Source: Paramuribaculum sp. (lineage in GTDB: Bacteria > Bacteroidota > Bacteroidia > Bacteroidales > Muribaculaceae). Taken from it: a stretch of DNA of 64,000 nucleotides. Where the stretch lies: the NCBI GenBank assembly GCA_022511125.1, contig JAFLSD010000009.1, forward strand, positions 5,026 to 69,025, given 5' to 3'. Position numbers and translations under genes: made by a program. Every line of letters begins with the position of its first letter. The first letter of the stretch is position 1. Shown here piece by piece: positions 9,171 through 18,887 of this stretch. Below the pieces are notes generated by a model. It was not told where the DNA came from. It made no database searches and worked only from the letters and a program-made list of their open reading frames with translations.

Positions 9171-9941
9171 CTACACTCGTTTACGATACCATGCCATATA
9201 TTCGGTAATTGTCAATCCTGTCACTTTTTTCAAAACATCGGGTTTCCCTATATCATACCAATAAAATTCATTCTCCTGATTGTATCTGCCAATATGAACC
9301 TGATTGCAGTATTCTATATAAAAATCAGTAATTGAAAACACTCCTCCTCTCAATTTAGAATATTCTTTAAGCGTATTAAACACAGATGTATTCATTACAT
9401 GAACCCCTCCAAATGCGTAGGCTTTCTTATCTCTGATATCAAGATCTTCAGGTCTTATTTTCTCACCGGAGTTCTGAATCCATCCTCTCATTCTGTCGTT
9501 TTTATCGAAAACAAGCTTACGACTTGTCTTCCTATCACTTGTCAGTAAAGTAACATCATTCAGCGAACGTTTGTGTTGGTCAATCATTTCTTCCAACGGG
9601 AAATTAGAAAAAATATCACCATTATATATCACTACAGGGTCAGATCCATCCAATAAATCCAAGTTATTAGCTATTCCACCGCCTGTATCCAATAAACGAT
9701 CTTTTTCGTCACTTATATGAATATTTATTCCGAATGACTTTTTATCGCAAATAAAATCAATTATTTGATTACCAAGATGAAAGACATTAATCACAATCGA
9801 TGTGATTCCTACTGCCTTCATCTTACAAATAACATGTTCGATTAACGGCATTCCATCAACTTCTATGAGGAGTTTAGGAAGAGTATCGGTCAGTGGCCTC
9901 AATCTGGATCCCAAACCGGCCGCAAAAATCATCCCTTTCAT
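9171..9941 (-). CDS. Sugar-phosphate nucleotidyltransferase, MurU-like
   Basis: MIFAAGLGSRLRPLT..LPK, LLDTGGGI, NGDIF, WYDIGKP. ATGA-coupled to the upstream kinase. Confidence 0.85.
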   Translation of the reverse strand: MKGMIFAAGLGSRLRPLTDTLPKLLIEVDGMPLIEHVICKMKAVGITSIVINVFHLGNQIIDFICDKKSFGINIHISDEKDRLLDTGGGIANNLDLLDGSDPVVIYNGDIFSNFPLEEMIDQHKRSLNDVTLLTSDRKTSRKLVFDKNDRMRGWIQNSGEKIRPEDLDIRDKKAYAFGGVHVMNTSVFNTLKEYSKLRGGVFSITDFYIEYCNQVHIGRYNQENEFYWYDIGKPDVLKKVTGLTITEYMAWYRKRV

Positions 9942-11368
9942 TTATTTTCAATTATTTCTTCAATACCCTGTTCGCGATGTATCAGTTTTATTCTTACGTC
10001 AAATTTTCCATGGAGATGATCTGCTATTTTATCAGCAAAATAAACCGAACGATGACGACCTCCCGTACATCCTGTCCAAACCGATAGAGATGTGAATCCT
10101 CTCCTTAAATATTCCTCAACACTATTATCTATAAGTCCGTAAATATTATTCAGAAAAGGTTCTGTAGTAGATTCTTTCTCTATAAACTCTTTGACCTGAA
10201 TATCTCTACCAGTAAGCTGCTTATACTCAGCATATCTTCCCGGATTATGGAGAGCGCGACAATCAAAAATAAATCCGCCTCCATTTCCTGAAGTATCTTC
10301 CGGAAATCCGGATTTATAGGCAAAACTTCCTACTGTAACTGTCAAGCCCTTCTCTTCTGAGGGCCTAAACATTTCTTCACAACGACAGATTATTTCTCTT
10401 AGATAAGTCATTTTGTGTAAAGCTACCGAAGGTGATTGGACTAAACTAAGCAACGTTTTGTAAATACTTCGTTTGAATAGCTCTTTTCTTTCCGTTATCC
10501 CTCTAAGTCCATATGCACCTAAGGTCTGGAGAGATCTCAGAAGAAGAAAATATTGCAAATCGTTATCGAAACGCTCTCTTGTGCAATTTGTAAATTCCTT
10601 TATCCTTTCGTAGTAATGGCTCACCAATTCATTCTTCAGTGTTTCAGGATAGCCAATACGCGATTGCCAAAGGAAAGACACCAAATCATATAGACCGTTG
10701 CCTTTTCGTCCTCCTTGAAAATCTATATATGAAGGGATTAAATCATTATCTATCAGAATATTTCTTGACTGAAAATCACGACACATGAAACCGTCATCAT
10801 CTTTTGCCTTACAATGACTCGCTATGTTTCGGAACTCTTTTTCCAGTTTTGGCTCTTCAATTTCTAAGCCAATTGCCTTCAAAAAGCAATATTTAAAATA
10901 ATTTAGATCCCACATTATAGCCATCTCGTCCATTTCTGCAACGGGATAGCATTTTTCGAAATCTATATAAGAGTGCTTATCCGAATATTGAAAAGTGATT
11001 AGATCATCTATTATCCTATGTAGTAATCGACGATTCTCTTCTCCATATCTTTTTTCATCAGGTATTTCCGTTAAATACTCAAAAAGCGAAATTCCTTTAA
11101 GATCCTCTTGCAAGTAAGCAACGCTATCGTGGCTTACATTTATGATAGATGGCGTGTTTAATCCTCTTTCAATAAATTTCCCGGTAAGGTATATAAATGC
11201 TTTATTTTCTAAAATTGAATTTCCGACGGTACCAATCACACTTCCATTTTGTCCGTACAAACGATAATATTTTCTTGAAGATCCTCCTGAATTGATTTTT
11301 TCCACACAATCAACCTTCCTTCCGAAAGTATCTTCATACAACTTAATTATTCTATCCTTACCTATCAT
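9938..11368 (-). CDS. Aminoglycoside-phosphotransferase-like (AmgK-type) sugar kinase fused to a RapZ C-terminal domain
   Basis: GGSSRKYYRL, RDFQSRNIL, IDFQGGRKG, YDLVSFL (APH fold), then SFAYKSG..D.SGNGGGFIFDCRALHNPGRY and GCTGGRHRSVYFA (RapZ-C). Confidence 0.85.
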   Translation of the reverse strand: MIGKDRIIKLYEDTFGRKVDCVEKINSGGSSRKYYRLYGQNGSVIGTVGNSILENKAFIYLTGKFIERGLNTPSIINVSHDSVAYLQEDLKGISLFEYLTEIPDEKRYGEENRRLLHRIIDDLITFQYSDKHSYIDFEKCYPVAEMDEMAIMWDLNYFKYCFLKAIGLEIEEPKLEKEFRNIASHCKAKDDDGFMCRDFQSRNILIDNDLIPSYIDFQGGRKGNGLYDLVSFLWQSRIGYPETLKNELVSHYYERIKEFTNCTRERFDNDLQYFLLLRSLQTLGAYGLRGITERKELFKRSIYKTLLSLVQSPSVALHKMTYLREIICRCEEMFRPSEEKGLTVTVGSFAYKSGFPEDTSGNGGGFIFDCRALHNPGRYAEYKQLTGRDIQVKEFIEKESTTEPFLNNIYGLIDNSVEEYLRRGFTSLSVWTGCTGGRHRSVYFADKIADHLHGKFDVRIKLIHREQGIEEIIENK

Positions 11369-11374
11369 AATGAC

Positions 11375-11415
11375 TGCAAAAATATAAAAAATCAACGTTT
11401 TTATATATTTTTGCA
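11375..11415. promoter_or_regulatory. Symmetric back-to-back -7 boxes (TATTTTTG on each strand) for the kinase and aroE
   Basis: Perfect 12-bp inverted repeat tgcaaaaatata (11375-11386) / tatatttttgca (11404-11415); each arm contains a TAnnTTTG box. Confidence 0.65.
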
Positions 11416-11452
11416 TGTCATTATTCATATTATCCCTATTGAATTTATACAA

Positions 11453-12217
11453 ATGCATGACAATAGAAAAATCTACGGTTTAATCGGTTTTCCACTTGGT
11501 CATTCTTTCTCTAAAGATTTCTTCGCACGTAAGTTCAGAGATGAGAATATAAACGCTGAATATCGAAATTTTCCATTAGAGAATATAAGCCAATTTTGCT
11601 CTTTGATTGCCGGTGAAGAAAACTTGAGAGGCCTTAATGTAACTATACCGTATAAAAGTGCTGTCATTCCTTATCTGCACAGTATAGATCCTATTGCAGA
11701 AAAAATCGGGGCTGTAAATGTTATTAAATTTCATAATGATAATGGAATCATTAAATTAAATGGTTTTAATTCTGACGTTATAGGGTTCACAAATTCTATT
11801 AAACCTTTACTCAAACCTGATCACGACAAAGCTCTCGTCTTGGGCGCCGGAGGTGCGTCAAAGGCTGTGGTTTTCGGTCTCAAATCAATGGGTATAGTTC
11901 CGACTATAGTTTCCCGTTCAAAAACTACTTCTGACTATTTGACATACCATGAGTTGGATAAAGAAATAATAAAAAACCATAAGATCATAGTAAACACCAC
12001 CCCTTTAGGAATGTTCCCTAAGATAGACGAATCACCCGATATTCCTTACCGGTTTCTTACGGAGAATCATTTATGCTATGATTTGATATATAACCCTGAA
12101 GAAACATTGTTTATGAAAAAAGCACAATCATTCGGGGCGCAAACAAAAAACGGATTGGAAATGCTAATTCTTCAAGCTCTTGCGGCTTGGGATATTTGGA
12201 CTAATAAAACCGGATGA
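11453..12217 (+). CDS. aroE: Shikimate dehydrogenase
   Basis: GLIGFPLGHSFS, GLNVTIPYK, IGAVN, NSDVIGF, LGAGGASKAV, NTTPLGM, DLIYNP. Confidence 0.93.
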   Translation: MHDNRKIYGLIGFPLGHSFSKDFFARKFRDENINAEYRNFPLENISQFCSLIAGEENLRGLNVTIPYKSAVIPYLHSIDPIAEKIGAVNVIKFHNDNGIIKLNGFNSDVIGFTNSIKPLLKPDHDKALVLGAGGASKAVVFGLKSMGIVPTIVSRSKTTSDYLTYHELDKEIIKNHKIIVNTTPLGMFPKIDESPDIPYRFLTENHLCYDLIYNPEETLFMKKAQSFGAQTKNGLEMLILQALAAWDIWTNKTG

Positions 12218-12224
12218 CGGTTAA

Positions 12225-14267
12225 ATGAACAAGAAGCTATCATCTTTCCCACTTCTCCTCCCGACTTTAAGTATGATTTCGGGAATATTGCTCTGTCAAA
12301 TCTTAAACAGCAGAGTAATCATAGCTGCAATGTTAATAATTTCGATAGTATTTTATTTCATCCATAAACGTTATATATCAATTTTATTTTGCGCCGCAGG
12401 TTTTGGTTCGCTCTGTTTTATTATATATACCCTTTCTCAATATCAAATACCGTTAAATACACCAATAAACATAATTGCCAATATCCAAGAGACCAAAGAA
12501 ACCACATCAGGACAATCAGTTACCGTAGACATTATAAACTATAGCTTTAATAATAAAGCATATCATATAGAGAAAACTCCTGTTAAAGTACAACTAAATA
12601 TTCCTTCGTTAAACCCCCACCTGTCAATTGGTTACACAATAAAAGCCCAATTAACTATTGCTCGACCCGAAAACATCAAATATTTACCGGATCAATTTAC
12701 CTATGCAGAAAGTCTCAGAAATAAAGGTATTGAGTATACAGCTTTTTTACTACCTGATAGTATAAGCTCATTGTCCCCTTCCGGAGATTTGCCTATGAGA
12801 CTATTGCGATTAAGAGATGATTTCTCAAACTTTATTTTAAAAACGGAATTGAATCCCGATACGAAATCTTTTCTTAACACTCTTATTACCGGTGATACCG
12901 GCAAGCTGTCTCCAGATGTTAGAGATGCCTTCGCTGATTCGGGATTGGCTCATATATTGGCACTTAGCGGTCTCCATGTCGCTATTTTATCATTATTTAT
13001 TTTCTATCTTTTATATCCGCTCAGAATAACCCCTTTGTCCAATTTCACGCCGATTGCCACGATAATCATCCTATGGTTTTATGCACTGTTTACGGGGATG
13101 TCGCCTTCAGTGACTCGTGCCGTTATTATGGCCACAATTTTTCTGATTGCTTTTATGCTTCAAAGAAGCCATAATCCTGTAAACTCCCTATGTTTCGCAG
13201 CGGTTATCATTTTAACTTTCAATCCTGTTGCAATTTATGAACTATCCTTCCAATTATCCTTCCTTGCTGTCATAGGGATACTTGTGTTTTATAAAAAAAT
13301 AAATCGGATTAATCCTAAAAGAAAAGTCCTATATTATATAGTGGGTGTCTTTGCTATTTCATTGTCAGCTATGTCATTTGCGGGTATTGTATCAGCATAC
13401 TATTTTCATAGCTTCCCCATATTCTTCATTTTATCAAATGCCTTGGTTTCGCCCATTATTCCGGTGTTCCTATTCCTTGGGTTTATATATCTTGTAATTT
13501 TTTCTCTTCATTTACCGTCAGGAAGCATAGGAAACATCTTAGATTTACTTTATAAGTTTATTGATGGAGTAACAACTTTCTTTACATTATCTATTGAAAG
13601 CAACATTCGCAATATATACATTGAAATTCCGGTTTTAATAGTGCTAATTATGTTTATTGCGTCTATTGCCTATCTTCTTTATTTTAAACGGACCTTTTCG
13701 TTTGTCGCTTGTGGAATCACCTTTCTATCTTTGGTTATTATCTTATGCACATCAGAGGATATAGAAGCAGAAGGGATCTATATCGTTCCTTATTCTTCTC
13801 GAACCGACATCATATATTCTTCAGGGAAACAATTATATGTAATAACGACCGCACCCCAATCCGAGCATTCGAAAGTCAAAGACGACATATTGATATCTTT
13901 TAAAGATTATATCAATCGTAGAGGGATCGAAGAGATATCAATCGGATCGGACAAACAGAATAATGTATTAATATCATACCAATCCTCAATTTTCAATCTT
14001 CCTAAAGGGAAAATAGCGATCTGTTCTTCGGATTCTCAATACGAATCGTTTACAGACTCACTCAGATTTGACTACATGATAATTTGCAGAGGATTTAAAG
14101 GAGAAGTTAAAGATTTAGTAGATAAATGCACTATTGACACACTGATACTTTCTGCAGATCTTCATCCAAAAAGACTGTCCCGTTATCTTCAAAACTGCAA
14201 AGAACTACAACAACCCGTAATTTCACTAAGGGATAATAAAACGCCTTCATTCAATAAATTTCTATAG
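12225..14267 (+). CDS. comEC: ComEC/Rec2-family competence membrane channel
   Basis: GLAHILALSGLHVAIL, SPSVTRAVIMA, SFQLSFLAV, and many TM segments. Confidence 0.88.
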   Translation: MNKKLSSFPLLLPTLSMISGILLCQILNSRVIIAAMLIISIVFYFIHKRYISILFCAAGFGSLCFIIYTLSQYQIPLNTPINIIANIQETKETTSGQSVTVDIINYSFNNKAYHIEKTPVKVQLNIPSLNPHLSIGYTIKAQLTIARPENIKYLPDQFTYAESLRNKGIEYTAFLLPDSISSLSPSGDLPMRLLRLRDDFSNFILKTELNPDTKSFLNTLITGDTGKLSPDVRDAFADSGLAHILALSGLHVAILSLFIFYLLYPLRITPLSNFTPIATIIILWFYALFTGMSPSVTRAVIMATIFLIAFMLQRSHNPVNSLCFAAVIILTFNPVAIYELSFQLSFLAVIGILVFYKKINRINPKRKVLYYIVGVFAISLSAMSFAGIVSAYYFHSFPIFFILSNALVSPIIPVFLFLGFIYLVIFSLHLPSGSIGNILDLLYKFIDGVTTFFTLSIESNIRNIYIEIPVLIVLIMFIASIAYLLYFKRTFSFVACGITFLSLVIILCTSEDIEAEGIYIVPYSSRTDIIYSSGKQLYVITTAPQSEHSKVKDDILISFKDYINRRGIEEISIGSDKQNNVLISYQSSIFNLPKGKIAICSSDSQYESFTDSLRFDYMIICRGFKGEVKDLVDKCTIDTLILSADLHPKRLSRYLQNCKELQQPVISLRDNKTPSFNKFL

Positions 14268-14327
14268 TAGTATAGATAGGATTCCAGATAAAAGTTACGG
14301 CGATTTTCATAATAGCGGATTAATAAT

Positions 14328-14335
14328 TAACTTTG
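14328..14335 (+). promoter_or_regulatory. -7 promoter box (TAACTTTG) for the thrC-like operon
   Basis: Consensus match about 36 nt before the ATG at 14372. Confidence 0.6.
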
Positions 14336-14371
14336 TTACGGAATCTCACCTTGAATGACGAGTAGTCCGCA

Positions 14372-15685
14372 ATGAAATATTATAGCACTGAAAATAACAG
14401 CCCTTTAGTCTCTCTAACCGAAGCTGTAAGTCAGGGAACGGCACCTGACGGTGGCCTTTATATGCCCGAGCATATACCTTATATCCCCATGGCTTTTTTC
14501 AGGAATATAAACGAAATGACGTTAAAAGACATTGCCTACATCGTCATTGATATGTTACTGGGGGATGATTTAGATCAAGAGACCGTAAGAGCCCTCGTCA
14601 ATGAAACCCTAACTTTCGAGATTCCGTTAGTGCCAACAAATGATTCCAGGATAATGTCTTTGGAGATGTTCCACGGACCCACTTTTACGTCAAAAGACAT
14701 AGGTGCCAGATTTATGGCAAAGTTACTGTCTACTCTCGGCATTTGTGGTGGTGATAGTCCTACGCGTATCATAATTGCCGGTTCTGGCAATTCTGGAAGT
14801 GCTGTAGCAGATGCTTTTGCAGAGATTCATAATACAAAAACCACGATCTTATATCCTAAAGGGAACCTCTCTAAACTACAGCTGGCGAAGATATACTCTA
14901 AACCGGACAAAGTCCTGGCTTTGGAAGTTAGGGGTTCATATGACGATTGTATTGCAATCCAACGAACAGCTATATTCGACGGTGTTTTGGGCAATAATGT
15001 CAGAATCGCTCCCGCAAATTCTGTCAATATAGCGAGAATCATTCCGTTAGTTGCGGTTTTTTTTCATCTTTATGCCAGAATGACAGCAAATGGCGCCTCA
15101 CCTGATTCGATAGTCGTTTCAATCCCAACCGGAAATCTGACAGCCTTAGTTTCCGGTCTCATAGCTAAAAAAATGGGCTTACCAATAAAAAGATTTATAG
15201 CTGCGACAAACAGCAACGATGCCCTTGGACGTTTTGTGAGAAACGAAAAAGAAACGAATCATGACATCATCAAAACATTAGCTAACGAAATAGATATCAA
15301 ATCTCCTTCCAACTTACCCCGCATAAAGGAATTATACAAGAACGATATAAATCGGTTCATAGCGGATACCCAAGTTATCGAATCGAATGACGAATCTATT
15401 CGTCTCGGTATGACGGAATCTTTTTTAGTTGGAAGATATCTTACCGATCCACATGGAGGACTGGCTTATACTGCATTGAAAAAAGGATTGCGGACAGGTG
15501 AAAACGGAGTCTTTCTTTCAACATTTCATCCAGCATTATACTCATCGATCGTTGAAGATATAACGGGTGTAATACCTGATAATCCTAAAAATATCCCTGA
15601 CTTAAACGTTATACCAAAACGTCCTTTGTCGGTTCCTCCTATTTATCAGGCAGCAAAGAGGATAATTCAACAATTTAATCTTTAA
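14372..15685 (+). CDS. thrC: Threonine synthase-like PLP enzyme (divergent)
   Basis: MKYYST, G.APDGGLYMP, LEMFHGPTFTSKD (PLP Lys), ANSVNIAR. Several other motifs are altered (see findings). Confidence 0.7.
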   Translation: MKYYSTENNSPLVSLTEAVSQGTAPDGGLYMPEHIPYIPMAFFRNINEMTLKDIAYIVIDMLLGDDLDQETVRALVNETLTFEIPLVPTNDSRIMSLEMFHGPTFTSKDIGARFMAKLLSTLGICGGDSPTRIIIAGSGNSGSAVADAFAEIHNTKTTILYPKGNLSKLQLAKIYSKPDKVLALEVRGSYDDCIAIQRTAIFDGVLGNNVRIAPANSVNIARIIPLVAVFFHLYARMTANGASPDSIVVSIPTGNLTALVSGLIAKKMGLPIKRFIAATNSNDALGRFVRNEKETNHDIIKTLANEIDIKSPSNLPRIKELYKNDINRFIADTQVIESNDESIRLGMTESFLVGRYLTDPHGGLAYTALKKGLRTGENGVFLSTFHPALYSSIVEDITGVIPDNPKNIPDLNVIPKRPLSVPPIYQAAKRIIQQFNL

Positions 15686-15692
15686 TAAAATT

Positions 15693-16034
15693 ATGGCGAA
15701 CAAACGAATTCTCAAAAAACAAGTTCATTATATTTGCGCTGACATCGCGCTTGAATGCAGTATCGCGCTTCAAACGATACCCGATATAAACGAAGAAATA
15801 ATCACAGATGCGATAAGGGATCTGGCTATATTGCAAACCGACACGCTTAGAAAAATTTCATTCTCTTTTGACCGTGCTCCACGTGATTATGAAGTTAAAT
15901 CAGTTTATAATAAAGAACGAGCATCATATAATAAAGCTGCATTCAGAAAACTTCAAGTCGAGTTCAATGAAAAGATATTAGAAATAGTCAATAAGATGAA
16001 CTCTGCACTACCTAAGATTAATAACGAAGCTTAA
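15693..16034 (+). CDS. Conserved Bacteroidales hypothetical helical protein
   Basis: 113-aa clean ORF (MANKRILKKQVHYIC...) whose stop overlaps the next ATG (TAATG). Confidence 0.75.
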   Translation: MANKRILKKQVHYICADIALECSIALQTIPDINEEIITDAIRDLAILQTDTLRKISFSFDRAPRDYEVKSVYNKERASYNKAAFRKLQVEFNEKILEIVNKMNSALPKINNEA

Positions 16035-16828
16035 TGCCATCGCAAAACCTGAAAATAGCATTACTTCCCCACGACATTATCGAAGGAGATAATAGCTCCA
16101 ATCTAAAAGCGGTTGGGGAACGCCTCAAATTGATCGACAGCGATACTGATCTTGTCGTTTTTCCTGAAATGTTCAATTCCGGATTTTTCAATAATAGAGA
16201 TGCGCTTTTGAAAATCGCTGAAGAAAATAATGGCTCGACGATTACATCTGTCCGCGAATGGTGTCAACGATATGGGTTCGCGATTTGGGGCGGCTTTACT
16301 GCGAAGGAAGATGGCGAACTCTTTAATCGTGGATTCATGTGCAATCCGGATGGAACTATATCATTTTATGATAAGCGTCATCTATTCAGATCTGGTGGTG
16401 AACATAATCTATTGGCTGGAGGTAAAACTATCGCTCCTATTATCAATTATAAAACTTGGAATTTAAAAATGGCGATATGCTACGATATCCGATTCCCGAT
16501 CTGGAACAGAAATATTGCCAATAATTACGATGCTCTCATCGTGCCCGCCAATTGGCCGCATTCGAGGGTATTTGCATGGAAACATCTTTTAATTGCAAGA
16601 GCGATAGAAAATCAGGTTTATGTTGCAGGGTGCAATAGAGAAGGCTCGGATCAATTCGGTGATTATCCATCGGGAGATTCATTCATCTTTAATTGCTGGG
16701 GAGATGATATTGCAGAAAGAAGGGCTGATGGGATAATTTATGGTCATTTTGATTATAAAATTTTCTTACATTATCGCGATAAATTTCAGCCGTGGCTTGA
16801 CGCCGACAAATTTTCGATCAAGATCTAA
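16034..16828 (+). CDS. Carbon-nitrogen hydrolase (nitrilase superfamily, YafV/omega-amidase-like)
   Basis: Glu-Lys-Cys triad in FPEMF, YDKRHLF and ICYDIRFP, plus ARAIENQ. Confidence 0.9.
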   Translation: MPSQNLKIALLPHDIIEGDNSSNLKAVGERLKLIDSDTDLVVFPEMFNSGFFNNRDALLKIAEENNGSTITSVREWCQRYGFAIWGGFTAKEDGELFNRGFMCNPDGTISFYDKRHLFRSGGEHNLLAGGKTIAPIINYKTWNLKMAICYDIRFPIWNRNIANNYDALIVPANWPHSRVFAWKHLLIARAIENQVYVAGCNREGSDQFGDYPSGDSFIFNCWGDDIAERRADGIIYGHFDYKIFLHYRDKFQPWLDADKFSIKI

Positions 16829-16929
16829 TCTCTGAGCGATTTTATTAGCTTATTATATCTTGTAACCTTCTAATTATTAAACATTACTGTTGAAACATTA
16901 GGAATTTCATAGATTTTAGATTTATAGTT

Positions 16930-17880
16930 TCAAAAAACGTAACTACAAAGAGATATTCTGAACCAACTGACGATAATTGTCAGTATCATCATTACCGTTT
17001 CAACTTTACGGTTAATTGATAGTGATTTTACTAAATCATCATTTGTAAGAGGTCTTTCCACTGTTCCTATAAAAGGTTTATAGACCGCATGACCGAAGTA
17101 ATTATGAGTGCCACCAAAACGGCAACCTAAAATCCCGGCTAAAGCTGCTTCCGGATAACCGCTGTTAGGACTGGCATGCGCTCTCCCGAATTTCTTCACA
17201 TAGCCGAACAACCCCAATTTTCCTGACACTATTATCATGAAGAATGCTGTAAGACGGGCTGGCAGATAATTTGCTATATCATCGATTTTTGCAGCACATT
17301 TCCCGAATTTTAAATATCGTTCTGATTTATAAGCTATCATCGAATCCATAGTATTAATCATCTTATATGTCACCATACCGGGAATGCCTAACAACATATA
17401 CCAGAACAATGGAGCGACTACTCCGTCGCTTAAATTTTCGGATAGTGTTTCCAAAGATGCTGTCTTTATCTCCTCAACTGTGAGATTCGACGTATCTCTA
17501 CCCACTATTCGACTTATTTGTAATCTACCCTCCTCCACGCTTCTACACGCAGCAAGAAAGGCATTTCTCACTTCTGTTATCAAAGTCTTTCCCGCAAGAC
17601 AATAAAATACCATGATAGACTCAAAGAAAAATAAAGCCCATTCCCATCTACTTAGGAACTGAATTATTACTATGCAAACAAAGAAAGTAATTGCTATGAG
17701 TGAAAGAGCCATTATCGTTCCTTTGAGAACTTTATGCTGACCTTTATTTAAAAGCTTTTCTCCAGTCGATATTATCTTTCCCATTATAACTACCGGATGA
17801 GGCATCTTTTCGGGATCGCCGAAAATCATATCTGCCAACCATCCAATAACAAGAGATATTATTCTCAAAGAACAAGCCAT
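16930..17880 (-). CDS. cbiB: Adenosylcobinamide-phosphate synthase
   Basis: GDP..MPHPV, SRIVGRDT, ETLSENLSDGVVAPLF, YKMINTMDSMI, HASPNSGYPEAA. Confidence 0.93.
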   Translation of the reverse strand: MACSLRIISLVIGWLADMIFGDPEKMPHPVVIMGKIISTGEKLLNKGQHKVLKGTIMALSLIAITFFVCIVIIQFLSRWEWALFFFESIMVFYCLAGKTLITEVRNAFLAACRSVEEGRLQISRIVGRDTSNLTVEEIKTASLETLSENLSDGVVAPLFWYMLLGIPGMVTYKMINTMDSMIAYKSERYLKFGKCAAKIDDIANYLPARLTAFFMIIVSGKLGLFGYVKKFGRAHASPNSGYPEAALAGILGCRFGGTHNYFGHAVYKPFIGTVERPLTNDDLVKSLSINRKVETVMMILTIIVSWFRISLCSYVF

Positions 17881-18887
17881 TCTTGCACCGCTTTTATCAA
17901 TAGGTTATTTTCAAAGTTACCTTGAGACGCTATCCTGAAATAACTTTCGTCCAATCCATGAAAATTGGCAGCATCTCGTATCAATAGGCCGTGTGTTTCA
18001 GCTAAATACTCCTTTAAATCGCAAGCTCTTCCGAGCGGCAGACGACATAAAATAAAATTAGTATCGCTTTCAAGCACTTTAATTCCTAATTCCCGCAGAC
18101 TTTTAGTCATTTTCTGCTTTTCATATAAAAGTGAAATTATGGGTATCACATAATCTCTTTTATTTTTCATCAAAAATTCACAACAAGTAAGAGATACTGA
18201 GCTCACACTCCATGGCATACGCAAGCTTTTCAACTTATTAATCAGATCCTTCCTCCCAGCAATATACCCTATTCGTAGACCAGGTATGGCAAAACGCTTT
18301 GTGAATGAGAACAATACAAGAATTTTATGCGTTTTTACCAATCGTACGAAATCCGGCATTTCTTCCAGAGTATAATCCTTATAAGCTGCATCTATTACGA
18401 ACAGAACGTCGGGATTGGATTTTATCTTTTCTTCCAATAAATTCTTATTGTAAACTCTGCCTGTTGGATTATTAGGATTGCAGAGCCAAACAACTTGACT
18501 CTTGAACACTTTGCGATCTTCAAATTGTTTTTGGGATATATATTTTATTTTATGTTTATGGATTAGACACGCATCTTCGTATTCTGAAAAAGTTGGTTCT
18601 ACAATAGTACTGTCTGAAGAATGTCGAAAGAAAGCTATATTGTATATCGAATCAGTGGAACCTGAAGTTACCATTACTTCCTCGTGCGAAAACCCGGCAG
18701 CTTCTGCGATTAATCTTTCTAAGCTATGTGGAATTGGTTCAGGATAGGAAGAGAAAATATTGTCCTCTTGCCTATAAAGATATTCTTTCAGTCTATCATA
18801 TTTAAATCCTTGGTAAATATTAGAACTGAAATTAAATTTTATTTTGTTTTCATATCTATACAGATCGTCACCGTGTCCCTCTATCAT
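17865..18887 (-). CDS. cobD: L-threonine-O-3-phosphate decarboxylase
   Basis: GHGDD, NFSSN, LCNPNNPTG, SFTKRFAIPGLRIGY, and position between cbiP and cbiB. Confidence 0.85.
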   Translation of the reverse strand: MIEGHGDDLYRYENKIKFNFSSNIYQGFKYDRLKEYLYRQEDNIFSSYPEPIPHSLERLIAEAAGFSHEEVMVTSGSTDSIYNIAFFRHSSDSTIVEPTFSEYEDACLIHKHKIKYISQKQFEDRKVFKSQVVWLCNPNNPTGRVYNKNLLEEKIKSNPDVLFVIDAAYKDYTLEEMPDFVRLVKTHKILVLFSFTKRFAIPGLRIGYIAGRKDLINKLKSLRMPWSVSSVSLTCCEFLMKNKRDYVIPIISLLYEKQKMTKSLRELGIKVLESDTNFILCRLPLGRACDLKEYLAETHGLLIRDAANFHGLDESYFRIASQGNFENNLLIKAVQEWLVL

